From the NCBI GenBank assembly GCA_963850245.1, contig CAWKLA010000013.1, forward strand, positions 46,151-110,150: a stretch of DNA of 64,000 bases, read 5' to 3'. The notes under the pieces were generated by a model, which worked only from the letters and a program-made list of their open reading frames with translations, did no database searches and was not told the DNA's origin. The position numbers and the translations under genes were made by a program. The DNA comes from an uncultured Alphaproteobacteria bacterium. Its GTDB lineage: Bacteria > Pseudomonadota > Alphaproteobacteria > Rhizobiales > Xanthobacteraceae. Numbering within the stretch: the stretch's first letter is position 1; each line of letters begins with the position of its first letter. This document shows, in pieces, positions 1 through 9,107 of the stretch.

Positions 1-321
1 CTTGCTGAGTCTGATCCGCCGTGGGCCCGTGGTGGCGGTGGCGACGACGATGACGAAGAGAAGGCCAAGCGCGGCCAGCGGCGCCAGCAGCCCGATGACC
101 ACGGCGGCGCCGGCGGCGAACTCTACCGTCGGTACCCACCATTGGTTAAAGCCAAGGGCGTGAATGCCGAGTTCCTTTAGTTCTTCCGTCATCGTGCGGT
201 GGCGTTCCGCGTTGAAAAGCTTGTGGTAGCCCGAGAGCATAAAGAACATCCCAACCGCGATGCGGTTGAGAGTGAGTGCGATATCGGTCCATCCGACGCC
301 TTTGAACAGTAGATCGATCAT
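1..321 (-). CDS. DoxX family membrane protein (N-terminal part; gene runs off the left edge)
   Basis: My own minus-strand translation from the ATG (CAT at 319-321) gives MIDLLFKGVGWTDIALTLNRIAVGMFFMLSGYHKLFNAERHR...VVIGLLAPLAALGLLFVIVV. This is a hydrophobic DoxX-like pattern and stays open to position 1. It is absent from the ORF track because it is truncated. Confidence 0.55.
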   Translation of the reverse strand, partial: MIDLLFKGVGWTDIALTLNRIAVGMFFMLSGYHKLFNAERHRTMTEELKELGIHALGFNQWWVPTVEFAAGAAVVIGLLAPLAALGLLFVIVVATATTGPRRIRLSK

Positions 322-601
322 CGTTGCTGTTCCTTCTCGCGCCGTCGTGTCGGTCCGGTGCGGTGACTCACCAAGTGCAGTGGTCTGCGTCCGTCGATTA
401 TCGGCGGGGCGAAAAGATACGGACCGCGTGACCCGCGCGACGAGCGATGACCAAGGCTTTTAGCGGAACCAGTTCGGAAATCTGCGACAACGGTCTCGGC
501 GTGGCAGCGTGAAGAACTACGGATCGGCCGGATGGCGTAGCCAAATGGCGAACCAGCATACCGAGTTTCCAGTCGGCCAGGCTACGCTACCGCATCCCGA
601 G

Positions 602-653
602 TGTCAGAATTCCCTTAGTGTCAGAAATTCCCTTAATGTCAGATATCTTAGCG
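602..653. repeat. Three head-to-tail imperfect 17-18 nt direct repeats (TGTCAGAATTCCCTTAG / TGTCAGAAATTCCCTTAA / TGTCAGATATCTTAGCG)
   Basis: Read directly from the sequence. The repeats lie about 55-105 nt beyond the 3' end of the minus-strand tRNA-Val. Confidence 0.7.
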
Positions 654-708
654 GTAGCCACCGGCTGCGGGTAACTTTTTCAGAAATGCCGAATTTTCAA
701 CGCGATTA

Positions 709-783
709 TGGTGGGCGCTGTAGGGATTGAACCTACGACCTCTCCCGTGTGAAGGGAACGCTCTCCCGCTGAGCTAAGCGCCC
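709..783 (-). tRNA. tRNA-Val (anticodon CAC), CCA encoded
   Basis: The reverse complement is GGGCGCTTAGCTCAGCGGGAGAGCGTTCCCTTCACACGGGAGAGGTCGTAGGTTCAATCCCTACAGCGCCCACCA. It folds as a cloverleaf: acceptor GGGCGCT/AGCGCCC, D arm GCTC/GAGC, anticodon stem TTCCC/GGGAG with loop TTCACAC, and T arm GTAGG-TTCAATC-CCTAC. Length is 75 nt. Confidence 0.93.
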
Positions 784-949
784 GGTCCAGTTCGCGGCGG
801 ATTTAAGGAATCGTCATGCAGGGTGTCAAGCGACGCTGTCGAATGCGGCGCCGCGGAAGGCGCTGCGAGCGGTCCTGAACGCGATCTTGTCTGCAAGCGG
901 CGGGCTCTTTGCATCGCGGATTATGTGATCGTGCATTATGGGATCGGCG

Positions 950-2239
950 TCAGTTCGATGCCGCGCGTGAGGCGCCCAATTGCAAGGCGCGGATGCGGTC
1001 GGCAAGCGTGCCCCGATTTTCCTGAGGTGCATCGCGCGTCGTGCCGCCGGCCTGGCCATTGACGGTGGCGCCGTCGCGCCGCCCCGCCAGGTCGGGAACT
1101 GCCTCGGCCAGCATCGACTCGATCGGCGAGCCTGGCCCTTCGAGCACCGCGGTGAGGCGCGCCACCTCGGCCGCTACATCGTTGATGCGCTCCCGCAGCA
1201 GCGCGTTCTCGACGCGCTCGGCCGCCCAGGTCGTTTCCGCGTCGCGTTTCATGGTCCCGATCTCGCGCTGCAGCTTGGTGCGCTCTTCGACGGCGGTCGC
1301 GAGCTGGGCTTCAAGCTGGCCGATGTCGGCGCGGAATTTGTCCACGGCGCCGCTGCTGCGGCCCCCGGCATTCTCGAGCTCCTCGCGCAAATCCCGTTCG
1401 ATCTTGCCGGCCGCTTCGAGTTCGCCGCGCAATCGGGTGACCTCGAATTCGCGCTCGGCCAGAAGCCGTCCCTGATCGCCGAGCCGGGTTTCAAGCTCGC
1501 CGGCGCGGCGGCTCAGGACTTCCGCTTCGGTCGTCTGCACCAGAAGCTGCCGTTCGAGTTCGCCGGTGCGCGCCGCAAGTCCGTCGAGCTTGCCGCGCGC
1601 TTCGTTCGACTGGCTGGTCGCGGCCTCGGCCTCGGCGCGTTCGCGCGTCAGCCGCTCCTCGGTCGCCCGTACTGCGCGCTCATAGTCGGTGACGCTCACC
1701 TTCATCGCTTCGACCTGCGTGCGCATCGCCGCGAGCTCGACGCGCTGGCTGTCCGCCATGATCGAGCGCTCGCCGAGCTCGGCGACGAGCTTGGCGAGAT
1801 CGGCCTGCTTGTCGGCGAGGGTCCGCTCCGCCTCCCGCAGCGAAGTGGACTTGCGTTCGAATTCGTCCTCGGTGGCGCGCAACTGGTCGCGCAGATTCTT
1901 GTCCCGCGATTCCAGCGCGAAGATCGCCGCCGTCTTCTCGCCGAGTTCCTTCTTGAGCTGGTTGATGGCGTCGGTCTTCTTGCCGAGCTCGGCGAGCTGG
2001 CCGGTCGTCTTCGCCTTCATCTGCTCGACGCTCATCTCGAGCCGGCGCGTCGACATGGCGAACTCGGCGCGCAGTTGATCCTTGTCGGCGCGAATTTCGG
2101 CGACCGAAAGCGGCGTCGCCGCTTCAAGACGACGCATGGTCAGGCGTACCGCTCGATTGTGGACAAGGGGGACGAAAAGCAGACCAAGCAGCGCCGCGAC
2201 CAGAAACCCGATCCCGAAAAACATGACCGGTTCAATCAT
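950..2239 (-). CDS. Membrane-anchored coiled-coil protein, function unknown
   Basis: ORF 950..2314. The N-terminal TM helix (MIEPVMFFGIGFLVAALLGLLFVPLV) is followed by about 400 aa of heptad-like E/R/A/L-rich sequence. The start at 2239 (ATG) is placed just before the TM helix. Confidence 0.65.
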   Translation of the reverse strand: MIEPVMFFGIGFLVAALLGLLFVPLVHNRAVRLTMRRLEAATPLSVAEIRADKDQLRAEFAMSTRRLEMSVEQMKAKTTGQLAELGKKTDAINQLKKELGEKTAAIFALESRDKNLRDQLRATEDEFERKSTSLREAERTLADKQADLAKLVAELGERSIMADSQRVELAAMRTQVEAMKVSVTDYERAVRATEERLTRERAEAEAATSQSNEARGKLDGLAARTGELERQLLVQTTEAEVLSRRAGELETRLGDQGRLLAEREFEVTRLRGELEAAGKIERDLREELENAGGRSSGAVDKFRADIGQLEAQLATAVEERTKLQREIGTMKRDAETTWAAERVENALLRERINDVAAEVARLTAVLEGPGSPIESMLAEAVPDLAGRRDGATVNGQAGGTTRDAPQENRGTLADRIRALQLGASRAASN

Positions 2240-2458
2240 GACACCACTCTTTGAACCACACTGTCCGCCCTCAATGCCACGCGGATAGGAGGCCGCACTA
2301 GCGTCCTGAGCCATTAACCTAAACCGGGAACGGCCGCCGCGCCAGAAAAGACAACAGGCCGACGCGACAAGCCTATGACGTGGCCGCTTTGGCCCTCAGC
2401 CCAAGTCTTCAGCCTCAGTCCTCAGCCAAAGCCGGGGGGTCAGAAAACGGGTGGGCGG

Positions 2459-3103
2459 TCAGAAGGGATTCCAGGTCGCGCGGGGGGTAAATTTGAGATA
2501 GCCGACATTGGCCCCGAGCCGCAGCCCGACGCCGGAACGGATCGGCACGACGACGATGTCGTTGACGCCCAGCGCGGTCATGCTCAGGCCGCCGATGAAA
2601 TAGGCCGTGCCCTCAATACCGACGAATCGCTCGAAAATCGCCTCGGTCCGCGGCAGGTTATAGACCAGCATCATGGTCCGGGAGCCGTTGGCGCCGGCAT
2701 CAAAGCCGATCGACGGCCCCTGCCAATACACCCGTACGTCCCCGGCATTCTTGGTATAAAGCGTGCCGTCGCCGTAGCGCAGCCCGCCGACAAAGGCGCC
2801 GCCCGCCTCCTCACCGAGGATGTAGCCGTTCGGCAATCCCCACTGGCTGCCTGCCTTCTCGACTATTTGGGCCAGTCCGCGCGAGACGCCGCCGAAGAAA
2901 TGGTGGCCGGCATCGATGACCTCGTTGGGCGAGAACTGGTTGGCCGACGGGGGTTGCGGCGGCGGGGGAGGTGGGGGTGGCGAGACCGCTGCCGGCGGTT
3001 GCGTCCCCGATTCACCGGGCGGCGCGGTTTGTGCCAAGGCCGCAACGGCTCCGAGACCAATGAGGACCGGGGCCATAATGGCGAACCGCCAAGCAGAATT
3101 CAT
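2459..3103 (-). CDS. DUF1134 (EipA-like) secreted protein
   Basis: ORF 2459..3133. It has a signal peptide (MNSAWRFAIMAPVLIGLGAVAALAQ), a Pro-rich linker and a conserved DUF1134-type core (GYILGEEAGGAFVGGLRYGDGTLYTK...GFDAGANGSRTMMLVYNL). The ATG at 3103 has a GGGGA SD-like sequence upstream. Confidence 0.7.
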   Translation of the reverse strand: MNSAWRFAIMAPVLIGLGAVAALAQTAPPGESGTQPPAAVSPPPPPPPPQPPSANQFSPNEVIDAGHHFFGGVSRGLAQIVEKAGSQWGLPNGYILGEEAGGAFVGGLRYGDGTLYTKNAGDVRVYWQGPSIGFDAGANGSRTMMLVYNLPRTEAIFERFVGIEGTAYFIGGLSMTALGVNDIVVVPIRSGVGLRLGANVGYLKFTPRATWNPF

Positions 3104-3213
3104 CGAAAGTCCCCCGGTTAACCCCGCGCTCACGCCCGGCAGCTAATTGTCGGGGCAGCCCGTTTCGTATGGCGTGAAGCCGATCCGAATCGCCTCATAT
3201 TTTCGCTGAAACT

Positions 3214-3711
3214 ATGACCGCAGCACGGCAACAACGGAAGCTCTCAAGCCTCGGCATCGCCGCCGTGGCCGGCCTGTTGTTGCTCCCGCTAGGCATTACG
3301 ACGCCGCGCGCTGGGACCTCCGAGCGGGTCGTGGTCGACCGGTATTCCGGGCTGGCCATCGACGGCTACGACCCGGTCGCTTTTTATACCGACGGCAAGC
3401 CGGTACCCGGAGATGACAGCATCGAACTCGTCTATGGCGGCGCGGTCTGGCGTTTCTGCAATGTCGGCAATCGCGAAGCGTTCGCCGCCGAGCCTGAAGT
3501 CTACATGCCGCGCTTCGGTGGGTACGACCCGGTCGGCGTTGCCCGCGGCATATCGCTCGCAGGCAATCCCGACACCTGGCTGATCAGTAACGGCCGGCTG
3601 TTCCTGTTCTATGATCGCGACCGGCTGGAAACTTTCCGGGCCGACCCGGAGCGCATCAACAGCGCGGCCGAGCGCAAATGGCCGGATGTATTACGCAAGC
3701 TGAGCCCTTGA
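3214..3711 (+). CDS. YHS domain-containing secreted protein
   Basis: ORF track. It has a signal peptide followed by GLAIDGYDPVAFYTDGKPVPG...YGGAVWRFCNVGNREAFAAEPEVYMPRFGGYDPVGV, which is the twin YHS-type motif pattern. Confidence 0.7.
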   Translation: MTAARQQRKLSSLGIAAVAGLLLLPLGITTPRAGTSERVVVDRYSGLAIDGYDPVAFYTDGKPVPGDDSIELVYGGAVWRFCNVGNREAFAAEPEVYMPRFGGYDPVGVARGISLAGNPDTWLISNGRLFLFYDRDRLETFRADPERINSAAERKWPDVLRKLSP

Positions 3712-3720
3712 GCCTGCCGT

Positions 3721-4543
3721 TCAGTTTCCGGCCTTGAGCGCCGCCTTGGGGAGGCGCCGGTCCTGCCCAAGCCAGAAAGGCGGGGATTTGCAGCTGCGGC
3801 GTGCCGTAGGTCAAAGCGGCGCCATCGGGTCCGGCCACGTTCCATTCGCGGCCGCCAGCACGGCATGGCCGGCAGCCACGTCCCAGTCCCGCGTCGGCCC
3901 GAGCCGGGGGTAAAGGTCGGCAGCACCCTCGGCCAGCCGGCAGAATTTCAGCGAAGAACCGCAGGGGATGCAGCGTGTCCGCGGCAGGCTATCGACATAC
4001 GCCCGGGTCGCCGCGTCGAGGTGGGACCGGCTCACCATGACGATGAGTTCGTCATCGGGGCGTGAGCGGGCGTGAATCGGCTCAGTCACCGACGTGCCGT
4101 CCGCGGAAAACCGCAGCCGCTCGGCGCCGCGGCCGACGATGCCGCGCCAGATAAGCCCGAGCGCCGGCGCCGTGACGATGCCAAGGACCGGCCTGCCGTC
4201 CGAAACGAAGGCGATATTGACCGTGTATTCGTCGAGGCCGGCGATGAAGTCGCGGGTGCCGTCGAGCGGATCGACCAGAAAATAACGCTCACCCGGCGCG
4301 GGCATCTTGCTCCGCCCGACTTGTTCCTCGGAGATGGCTGGCAGACCCAGTTGCAAGGCGCGCCAGACGCTCGCGGATCACGGCGTCGGCAGCTTCGTCG
4401 GCGTTCGTCACCGGCGAGCCATCGGCCTTGACGCGAACGCTGCCGCTTCCCCGCGCGGCCAGAATTGTGGTCGCCGCGACGATGCTGATTGCGGTCAGTT
4501 CCGCTATCAGGTCGGCGCCCGCAGTGGCGTCAAAGGTTGGCAC
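3721..4543 (-). pseudogene. cysQ: 3'(2'),5'-bisphosphate nucleotidase CysQ, reading frame broken two or three times
   Basis: The inositol-monophosphatase/CysQ signature is spread over separate frames. The N-terminal part (VPTFDATAGADLIAELT...KADGSPVTNADEAADAVIRERLARL) is in ORF 4289..4873. The core (LPAISEE...YFLVDPLDGTRDFI...WDVAAGHAVLAAA) is in ORF 3811..4356. The tail (PDGAALTYGTPQLQIPAFLAW) is in ORF 3656..3838. The GTG start at 4543 has a GAGGG SD. The 3' end at 3721 assumes a third indel in a C4 run; otherwise the stop is at 3656. Confidence 0.7.
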
Positions 4544-4663
4544 GGATAGCCCTCGATGTTGCCGGACGGTTTCCGGAATAGCAGGTGCCGGCGGCGCACG
4601 ATTGCCGAATCGCACGCGCTGTGACACCCAACGGGAGCCTAACGCAAATGAGCGGAGTTTCTC

Positions 4664-5314
4664 ATGTCCGCGCCAGTTTCCGGCCCAATCGCCATCGGCG
4701 CCCTCGACCTCGCGGCGCTGCTGTGCTCGCGCGTCTGCCATGACCTGATTAGCCCGGTTGGCGCCATCGTCAACGGCATCGAGGTCATGGAGGAAGACAA
4801 GGGCGAGGAGACGAAGGCGTTTGCGCTCGATCTGATCAAGAAGAGCGCATACCAGGCGTCGGCGAAACTGCAATTTTGCCGGCTTGCTTTCGGGGCCGCG
4901 GGTTCGGCCGGCGCCCAGATCGATCTGGGCGATGCGGAAAAGGCGGCGCGGGGCCTCTTTGAGGACGGCAAGATTACGCTGGTATGGAATTTGCCGCGCG
5001 AATTATTGGCAAAGAACCGCGTCAAGCTCCTGCTGAACATGTTGTTGATTGCGGCAGGTACGATTTCGCGCGGTGGAACGCTGACGGTCGACCCGGCCCC
5101 CAGCGCCGAGGGGGCACCCGGCTTTGCCGTCACGGCTGCCGGTCTCAATGCCAAGTTGAATCCCGTCACCACGGAACTCCTGACCGGCAGCCCGTCGCAT
5201 GCCGTGGACGCACACGCCATTCAACCGCTCTATGCGGGCATCCTGGCCCGGGATTGCGGCCTGGTGATCGGGGTGGAAGGCGAGGACGGCCGGGTCGCGT
5301 TAACGGCCCGCTAA
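4664..5314 (+). CDS. chpT: Histidine phosphotransferase ChpT (CckA-ChpT-CtrA phosphorelay)
   Basis: ORF track. LLCSRVCHDLISPVGAIVNGIEVMEED...AKLQFCRLAFGAAG matches the ChpT H-box region (Caulobacter: LAARLCHDFISPASAIVSGLDLLED...LQFTRVAFGAS). The size of 216 aa fits. Confidence 0.85.
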   Translation: MSAPVSGPIAIGALDLAALLCSRVCHDLISPVGAIVNGIEVMEEDKGEETKAFALDLIKKSAYQASAKLQFCRLAFGAAGSAGAQIDLGDAEKAARGLFEDGKITLVWNLPRELLAKNRVKLLLNMLLIAAGTISRGGTLTVDPAPSAEGAPGFAVTAAGLNAKLNPVTTELLTGSPSHAVDAHAIQPLYAGILARDCGLVIGVEGEDGRVALTAR

Positions 5315-5515
5315 CCGTCGGGCCTGCACCTAAAAAGTGCAAGTTTGGCGGCGTTGGAACACTTCCCGCAACCGAAATTAAACGCTTTCACAACACACTG
5401 ACGCAAGTCTGATCGGGCGTTTCGCGTCCGGGCGGATCGGCACGCGTTGTGCGTGCGTACGGCGGTGGCGCGGCACGCGCCGGCCGTCAAAGCGCGTGTG
5501 CTGACGAGGCGCCTC

Positions 5516-8101
5516 ATGGATGACCTGCTTCGCGAGTTCCTGACCGAGACCAATGAGAGTCTCGATCGGGTTGATGCGGAGCTCGTGCGCTTCGAGCGGG
5601 ACCCAAACAACCGCGAGATTCTCGGCAACGTCTTCCGGCTCGTCCACACCATCAAGGGCACGTGCGGATTTCTCGGGCTTCCCCGGCTGGAGACGCTGGC
5701 GCACGCAGCCGAGAGCCTGATGGGCAAATTCCGCGACGGAATGCCGGTGACGGCTGACGCCGTCACGCTCATCCTTTGCACGATCGACCGCATCAAGGCC
5801 ATCCTCGAGGCGATCGAGGCCTGCCAGGCTGAGCCGGCTGGCGACGATGTGGACCTCATCGGGCAGCTTAATCGCCTAACCCTGCACGACGATGTCAATC
5901 CGCAACCGCTCGTGGTCGAGGCAAAGCCCGAGCCAAGCCCGGCTGTCGAGCTCGCGGCCGAGGCTCCGCCCATCGCCGCGGCGGCCGAAAATCCTGGCAT
6001 CGAAGCGTTCGCGGAAGGGCCGGTGGCGGATCGTTCCGGCGAGGAGCACGGCGAGCGGCTGGCAAGCAACTCGATCCGCGTCCATGTCGACACGCTCGAT
6101 CACCTCATGACGACGGTGTCCGAACTGGTGCTCACCCGCAATCAGCTCCTGGAGATCGTGCGCCGTCATGAGGATTCCGATTTCAAGGCGCCGCTGCAAC
6201 GGCTCTCGAACGTCACTGCCGAACTCCAGGAAGGCGTGATGAAGACGCGCATGCAGCCGATCGGCAACGCATGGCAGAAACTGCCGCGCGTGGTGCGCGA
6301 CCTGTCCGCGGAGCTTGGCAAGCAGATCGAGCTCGAGATGCAGGGCGCCGAAACCGAACTCGATCGTCAGGTGCTCGAGCTGGTCAAGGATCCGCTCACC
6401 CATCTTGTTCGGAATTGCGCCGATCACGGCATCGAAACCCCGGCGGAGCGGCTTGCGGTGGGCAAGCCGGAAAAGGGAAAAATCCGCCTTTCGGCCTGCC
6501 ACCAGGGCGGCCACATCGTCATCGAAATCGCCGACGATGGCCGCGGACTTGATCTCAAGCGCATACGCGCCAAGGCCATCGAAGAAGGAATTGCCGACGA
6601 CGCCGCTTTGGCCGCGAAATCGGAGACCGAAATCGGCAATCTGATCTTCCTGCCAGGCTTCTCCACGGCCCGCGCGATAACCAGCATCTCCGGGCGTGGC
6701 GTCGGCATGGACGTTGTCCGTGCCAACATCGAGCAGATCGGCGGCACGGTCGATTTGCGATCGACTCCCGGCGCCGGGATCGTGTTCGCCATCAAGATCC
6801 CGCTGACACTGGCGATCGTCTCCGCGCTCATCGTCGAAGCGGGCGGCGAGCGCTTCGCCATTCCGCAATTGTCGGTGCTGGAGCTTGTGCGCGCGTCGAA
6901 CGGCGGCGAGCATCGCATCGAGCGAATCCAGGACACGCCCGTTCTGCGGCTGCGCAACAGATTGCTGCCGCTGGCCCGGCTGAAAGAAGTCCTGCGCATC
7001 GGTGACAGCAACGCCGAAGCCCGCAAGGGCTTTATCGTCGTCACACAGGTCGGTGCGCAGACATTCGGCATCATCGTCGACGGCGTGTTCCACACCGAGG
7101 AGATCGTGATCAAGCCGATGTCGTCGCGGCTGCGCCACATCGCGGCATTTTCCGGCACCACGATACTCGGCGACGGCACGGTCATCATGATCCTCGATCC
7201 GAACGGGATCGCTCAGGCGCTCGGCCGCGCCGCCGCGCTGCCGCCATCGGAGCAGGCCGACGTCGACGACGGCGCCGATGCCCGCAACGAGGATTTGACG
7301 TCGCTACTGGTATTCCGCGCCGGATCGCAACAGCCGAAGGCGGTGCCGCTGTCGCTGGTCGCGCGGCTCGAGGAGATCGACTGCCGCCGGTTTGAAATCT
7401 CCAACGGGCGCTGTCTGGTTCAGTATCGCGATCAGCTCATGCCGCTGCTCCGCGTCGATCCGCAGGGCGGCGCCAAACAGGACGGCACCCAGCCGATTCT
7501 CGTGTTCTCCAACAATGACCGCTGCATGGGCCTGATCGTCGACGAGATCGTCGACATCGTCGAACAGCGCCTCGACATCGAAGTGGCGAGCGAGCGTCCG
7601 GGTGTGCTCGGCTACGCCGTGGTGAAAGGCAGCGCGACCGAGATCATCGACCTCGGCCATTTTCTGCCGCAAGCCTACGCGGACTGGTTCCACCGCCGGG
7701 ATGCGCGGTTGGCGCCGCTGACGCGCAAGGTCATGCTGGTCGACGACTCGGCGTTCTTCCGCGACATGCTGGCGCCGCTGATCAAGGCGGCCGGCTATCA
7801 GGTGATTACGGTCGCCTCGGCCAGTCAGGCCCTCGCCGCGATCAAATCCGGTGCGCGGGTCGACCTGGTGGTGACCGACATCGAGATGCCGGACATGGAC
7901 GGGTTCGCCCTGGCGCTGGCGCTGCGCGGCGATCCCGCCACCGCCGCCATTCCGGTTATTGCGCTCTCGGCGATGGTATCCACCGACGCGATCGAGCGCG
8001 GCCGGAAGGTGGGCTTTCAGGATTTTGTCGCCAAGTTCGATCGACCCGGACTGATCGCTGCGATCAAAGCGCAGACTGACGATCTGCACCAGGCGGCGTG
8101 A
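5516..8101 (+). CDS. cheA: Chemotaxis histidine kinase CheA with C-terminal receiver domain (CheA-REC hybrid)
   Basis: ORF 5447..8101. It contains an HPt domain (FRLVHTIKGTCGFLG), dimerisation and HATPase domains (DPLTHLVRNCADHGIE, IEIADDGRGLD, GRGVGMDVV), a CheW-like domain and a terminal REC domain (KVMLVDDS...DLVVTDIEMPDMDG). The ATG at 5516 gives MDDLLREFLTE. Confidence 0.93.
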   Translation: MDDLLREFLTETNESLDRVDAELVRFERDPNNREILGNVFRLVHTIKGTCGFLGLPRLETLAHAAESLMGKFRDGMPVTADAVTLILCTIDRIKAILEAIEACQAEPAGDDVDLIGQLNRLTLHDDVNPQPLVVEAKPEPSPAVELAAEAPPIAAAAENPGIEAFAEGPVADRSGEEHGERLASNSIRVHVDTLDHLMTTVSELVLTRNQLLEIVRRHEDSDFKAPLQRLSNVTAELQEGVMKTRMQPIGNAWQKLPRVVRDLSAELGKQIELEMQGAETELDRQVLELVKDPLTHLVRNCADHGIETPAERLAVGKPEKGKIRLSACHQGGHIVIEIADDGRGLDLKRIRAKAIEEGIADDAALAAKSETEIGNLIFLPGFSTARAITSISGRGVGMDVVRANIEQIGGTVDLRSTPGAGIVFAIKIPLTLAIVSALIVEAGGERFAIPQLSVLELVRASNGGEHRIERIQDTPVLRLRNRLLPLARLKEVLRIGDSNAEARKGFIVVTQVGAQTFGIIVDGVFHTEEIVIKPMSSRLRHIAAFSGTTILGDGTVIMILDPNGIAQALGRAAALPPSEQADVDDGADARNEDLTSLLVFRAGSQQPKAVPLSLVARLEEIDCRRFEISNGRCLVQYRDQLMPLLRVDPQGGAKQDGTQPILVFSNNDRCMGLIVDEIVDIVEQRLDIEVASERPGVLGYAVVKGSATEIIDLGHFLPQAYADWFHRRDARLAPLTRKVMLVDDSAFFRDMLAPLIKAAGYQVITVASASQALAAIKSGARVDLVVTDIEMPDMDGFALALALRGDPATAAIPVIALSAMVSTDAIERGRKVGFQDFVAKFDRPGLIAAIKAQTDDLHQAA

Positions 8102-8124
8102 GCAGGCGACACCAAGAGGCTTCG

Positions 8125-8580
8125 ATGCACGAAGAGATCGAGTTCGCCGAGTTCGTTACGTTCGCCGTCGCGGGCCAAATGTTTGGTCTGCCGATCGCGC
8201 GCGTGCAGGATGTGTTCAAACCGGCGCGGATAACGCGCGTGCCACTGGCGGCGCCGGAAATTGCCGGCGTTCTCAATCTGCGCGGCCGCATCGTGACGAC
8301 GATCGACATGCGCCGCCGGCTCGGCGTGAAGCCGCGCGATGAGGGCGCGGCGCCGATGGCGATCGGTATAGAAGCCACCGGCGAATCGTTCGGTCTCCTG
8401 GTCGACGCGGTCGGCGAGGTGCTCAAGGTGCCGGCATCCGACCGCGAAGCCAATCCGATCAATCTCGACGGCAAGCTCGCCGCGCTGTCGGCGGGCGTTT
8501 ACCGGCTGGAAGGCCAGCTTCTTGTCGTGCTCGAGATCGACCGGGTGCTGGACCTGTGCGGCGAACGTGAGGCGGCCTAG
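8125..8580 (+). CDS. cheW: Chemotaxis coupling protein CheW
   Basis: ORF 8098..8580. FVTFAVAGQMFGLPIARVQDV...APEIAGVLNLRGRIVTTIDMRRRLG is a typical CheW sequence. The ATG at 8125 is preceded by AAGAGG. Confidence 0.9.
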   Translation: MHEEIEFAEFVTFAVAGQMFGLPIARVQDVFKPARITRVPLAAPEIAGVLNLRGRIVTTIDMRRRLGVKPRDEGAAPMAIGIEATGESFGLLVDAVGEVLKVPASDREANPINLDGKLAALSAGVYRLEGQLLVVLEIDRVLDLCGEREAA

Positions 8581-8662
8581 CAACGGACCGATTGGCGTGC
8601 GTGGAATTGCGGACAACGAAGCATCAACGCGGGTTCGCCCGCGAAGCATGGAGTGAAGGATT

Positions 8663-9028
8663 ATGAAGACGTGTTTGATCGTCGACGACTCCAGCGTCAT
8701 CCGCAAGGTGGCGCGGAGAATTCTCGAAGGTCTGGAATTCCAGATCGCGGAAGCGGAGAACGGCGAAGAGGCCGTCGAAGCATGCGGCCGGGAGATGCCC
8801 GACGCGATCCTGCTCGACTGGAACATGCCGAAAATGGACGGCTATGATTTCCTGCGCGCGCTGCGCCGCTTGCCGGGCGGAGACAAGCCGAGAGTGGTGT
8901 TCTGCACGACCGAGAACGATGTCGCGCATATCGCCCGTGCCCTCCATGCCGGCGCCAACGAATACATCATGAAGCCGTTCGACAGGGACATCGTCGAGGC
9001 CAAGTTCCAGGAAGTCGGCCTGATCTGA
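8663..9028 (+). CDS. cheY: Chemotaxis response regulator CheY
   Basis: ORF track. It is a 121-aa single REC domain ([15 protein letters not shown]...[16 protein letters not shown]...MKPF). Confidence 0.9.
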   Translation: MKTCLIVDDSSVIRKVARRILEGLEFQIAEAENGEEAVEACGREMPDAILLDWNMPKMDGYDFLRALRRLPGGDKPRVVFCTTENDVAHIARALHAGANEYIMKPFDRDIVEAKFQEVGLI

Positions 9029-9107
9029 CGGCTTCATCGGAATATCTCGATCAGAGTTGGCATTAATTACAAGTTCGAGTGTCGTTCGTGCCGAAAGTCT
9101 CGCGTTC

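Noticed and set aside
534-588. A long-range stem (GGCGTAGCC ... GGCTACGC) suggesting a tRNA-like fragment or sRNA.
   Set aside because: It is too short (about 55 nt) and lacks D and T-loop signatures, a promoter or a terminator. I cannot support it as an RNA gene.
322-708. A possible genomic island or prophage junction at tRNA-Val.
   Set aside because: There is no integrase, no phage or transposon gene, and no second copy of the tRNA 3' end visible in the window. Only the short tandem repeats (reported separately) are unusual.
980-2254. Long ORFs antisense to, or out of frame with, recognised genes. Examples are 980..2254(+), 5876..7138(-), 9063..10229(-), 24887..26377(-), 26444..27775(-), 28475..29956(-), 37072..38103(-), 46789..48042(-) and 54216..55124(-).
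   Set aside because: Their translations are Arg/Ala/Gly/Pro-rich with no recognisable motifs. Each overlaps a gene with clear family signatures on the other strand or frame. Such ORFs are the expected by-product of high GC content and few stop codons.
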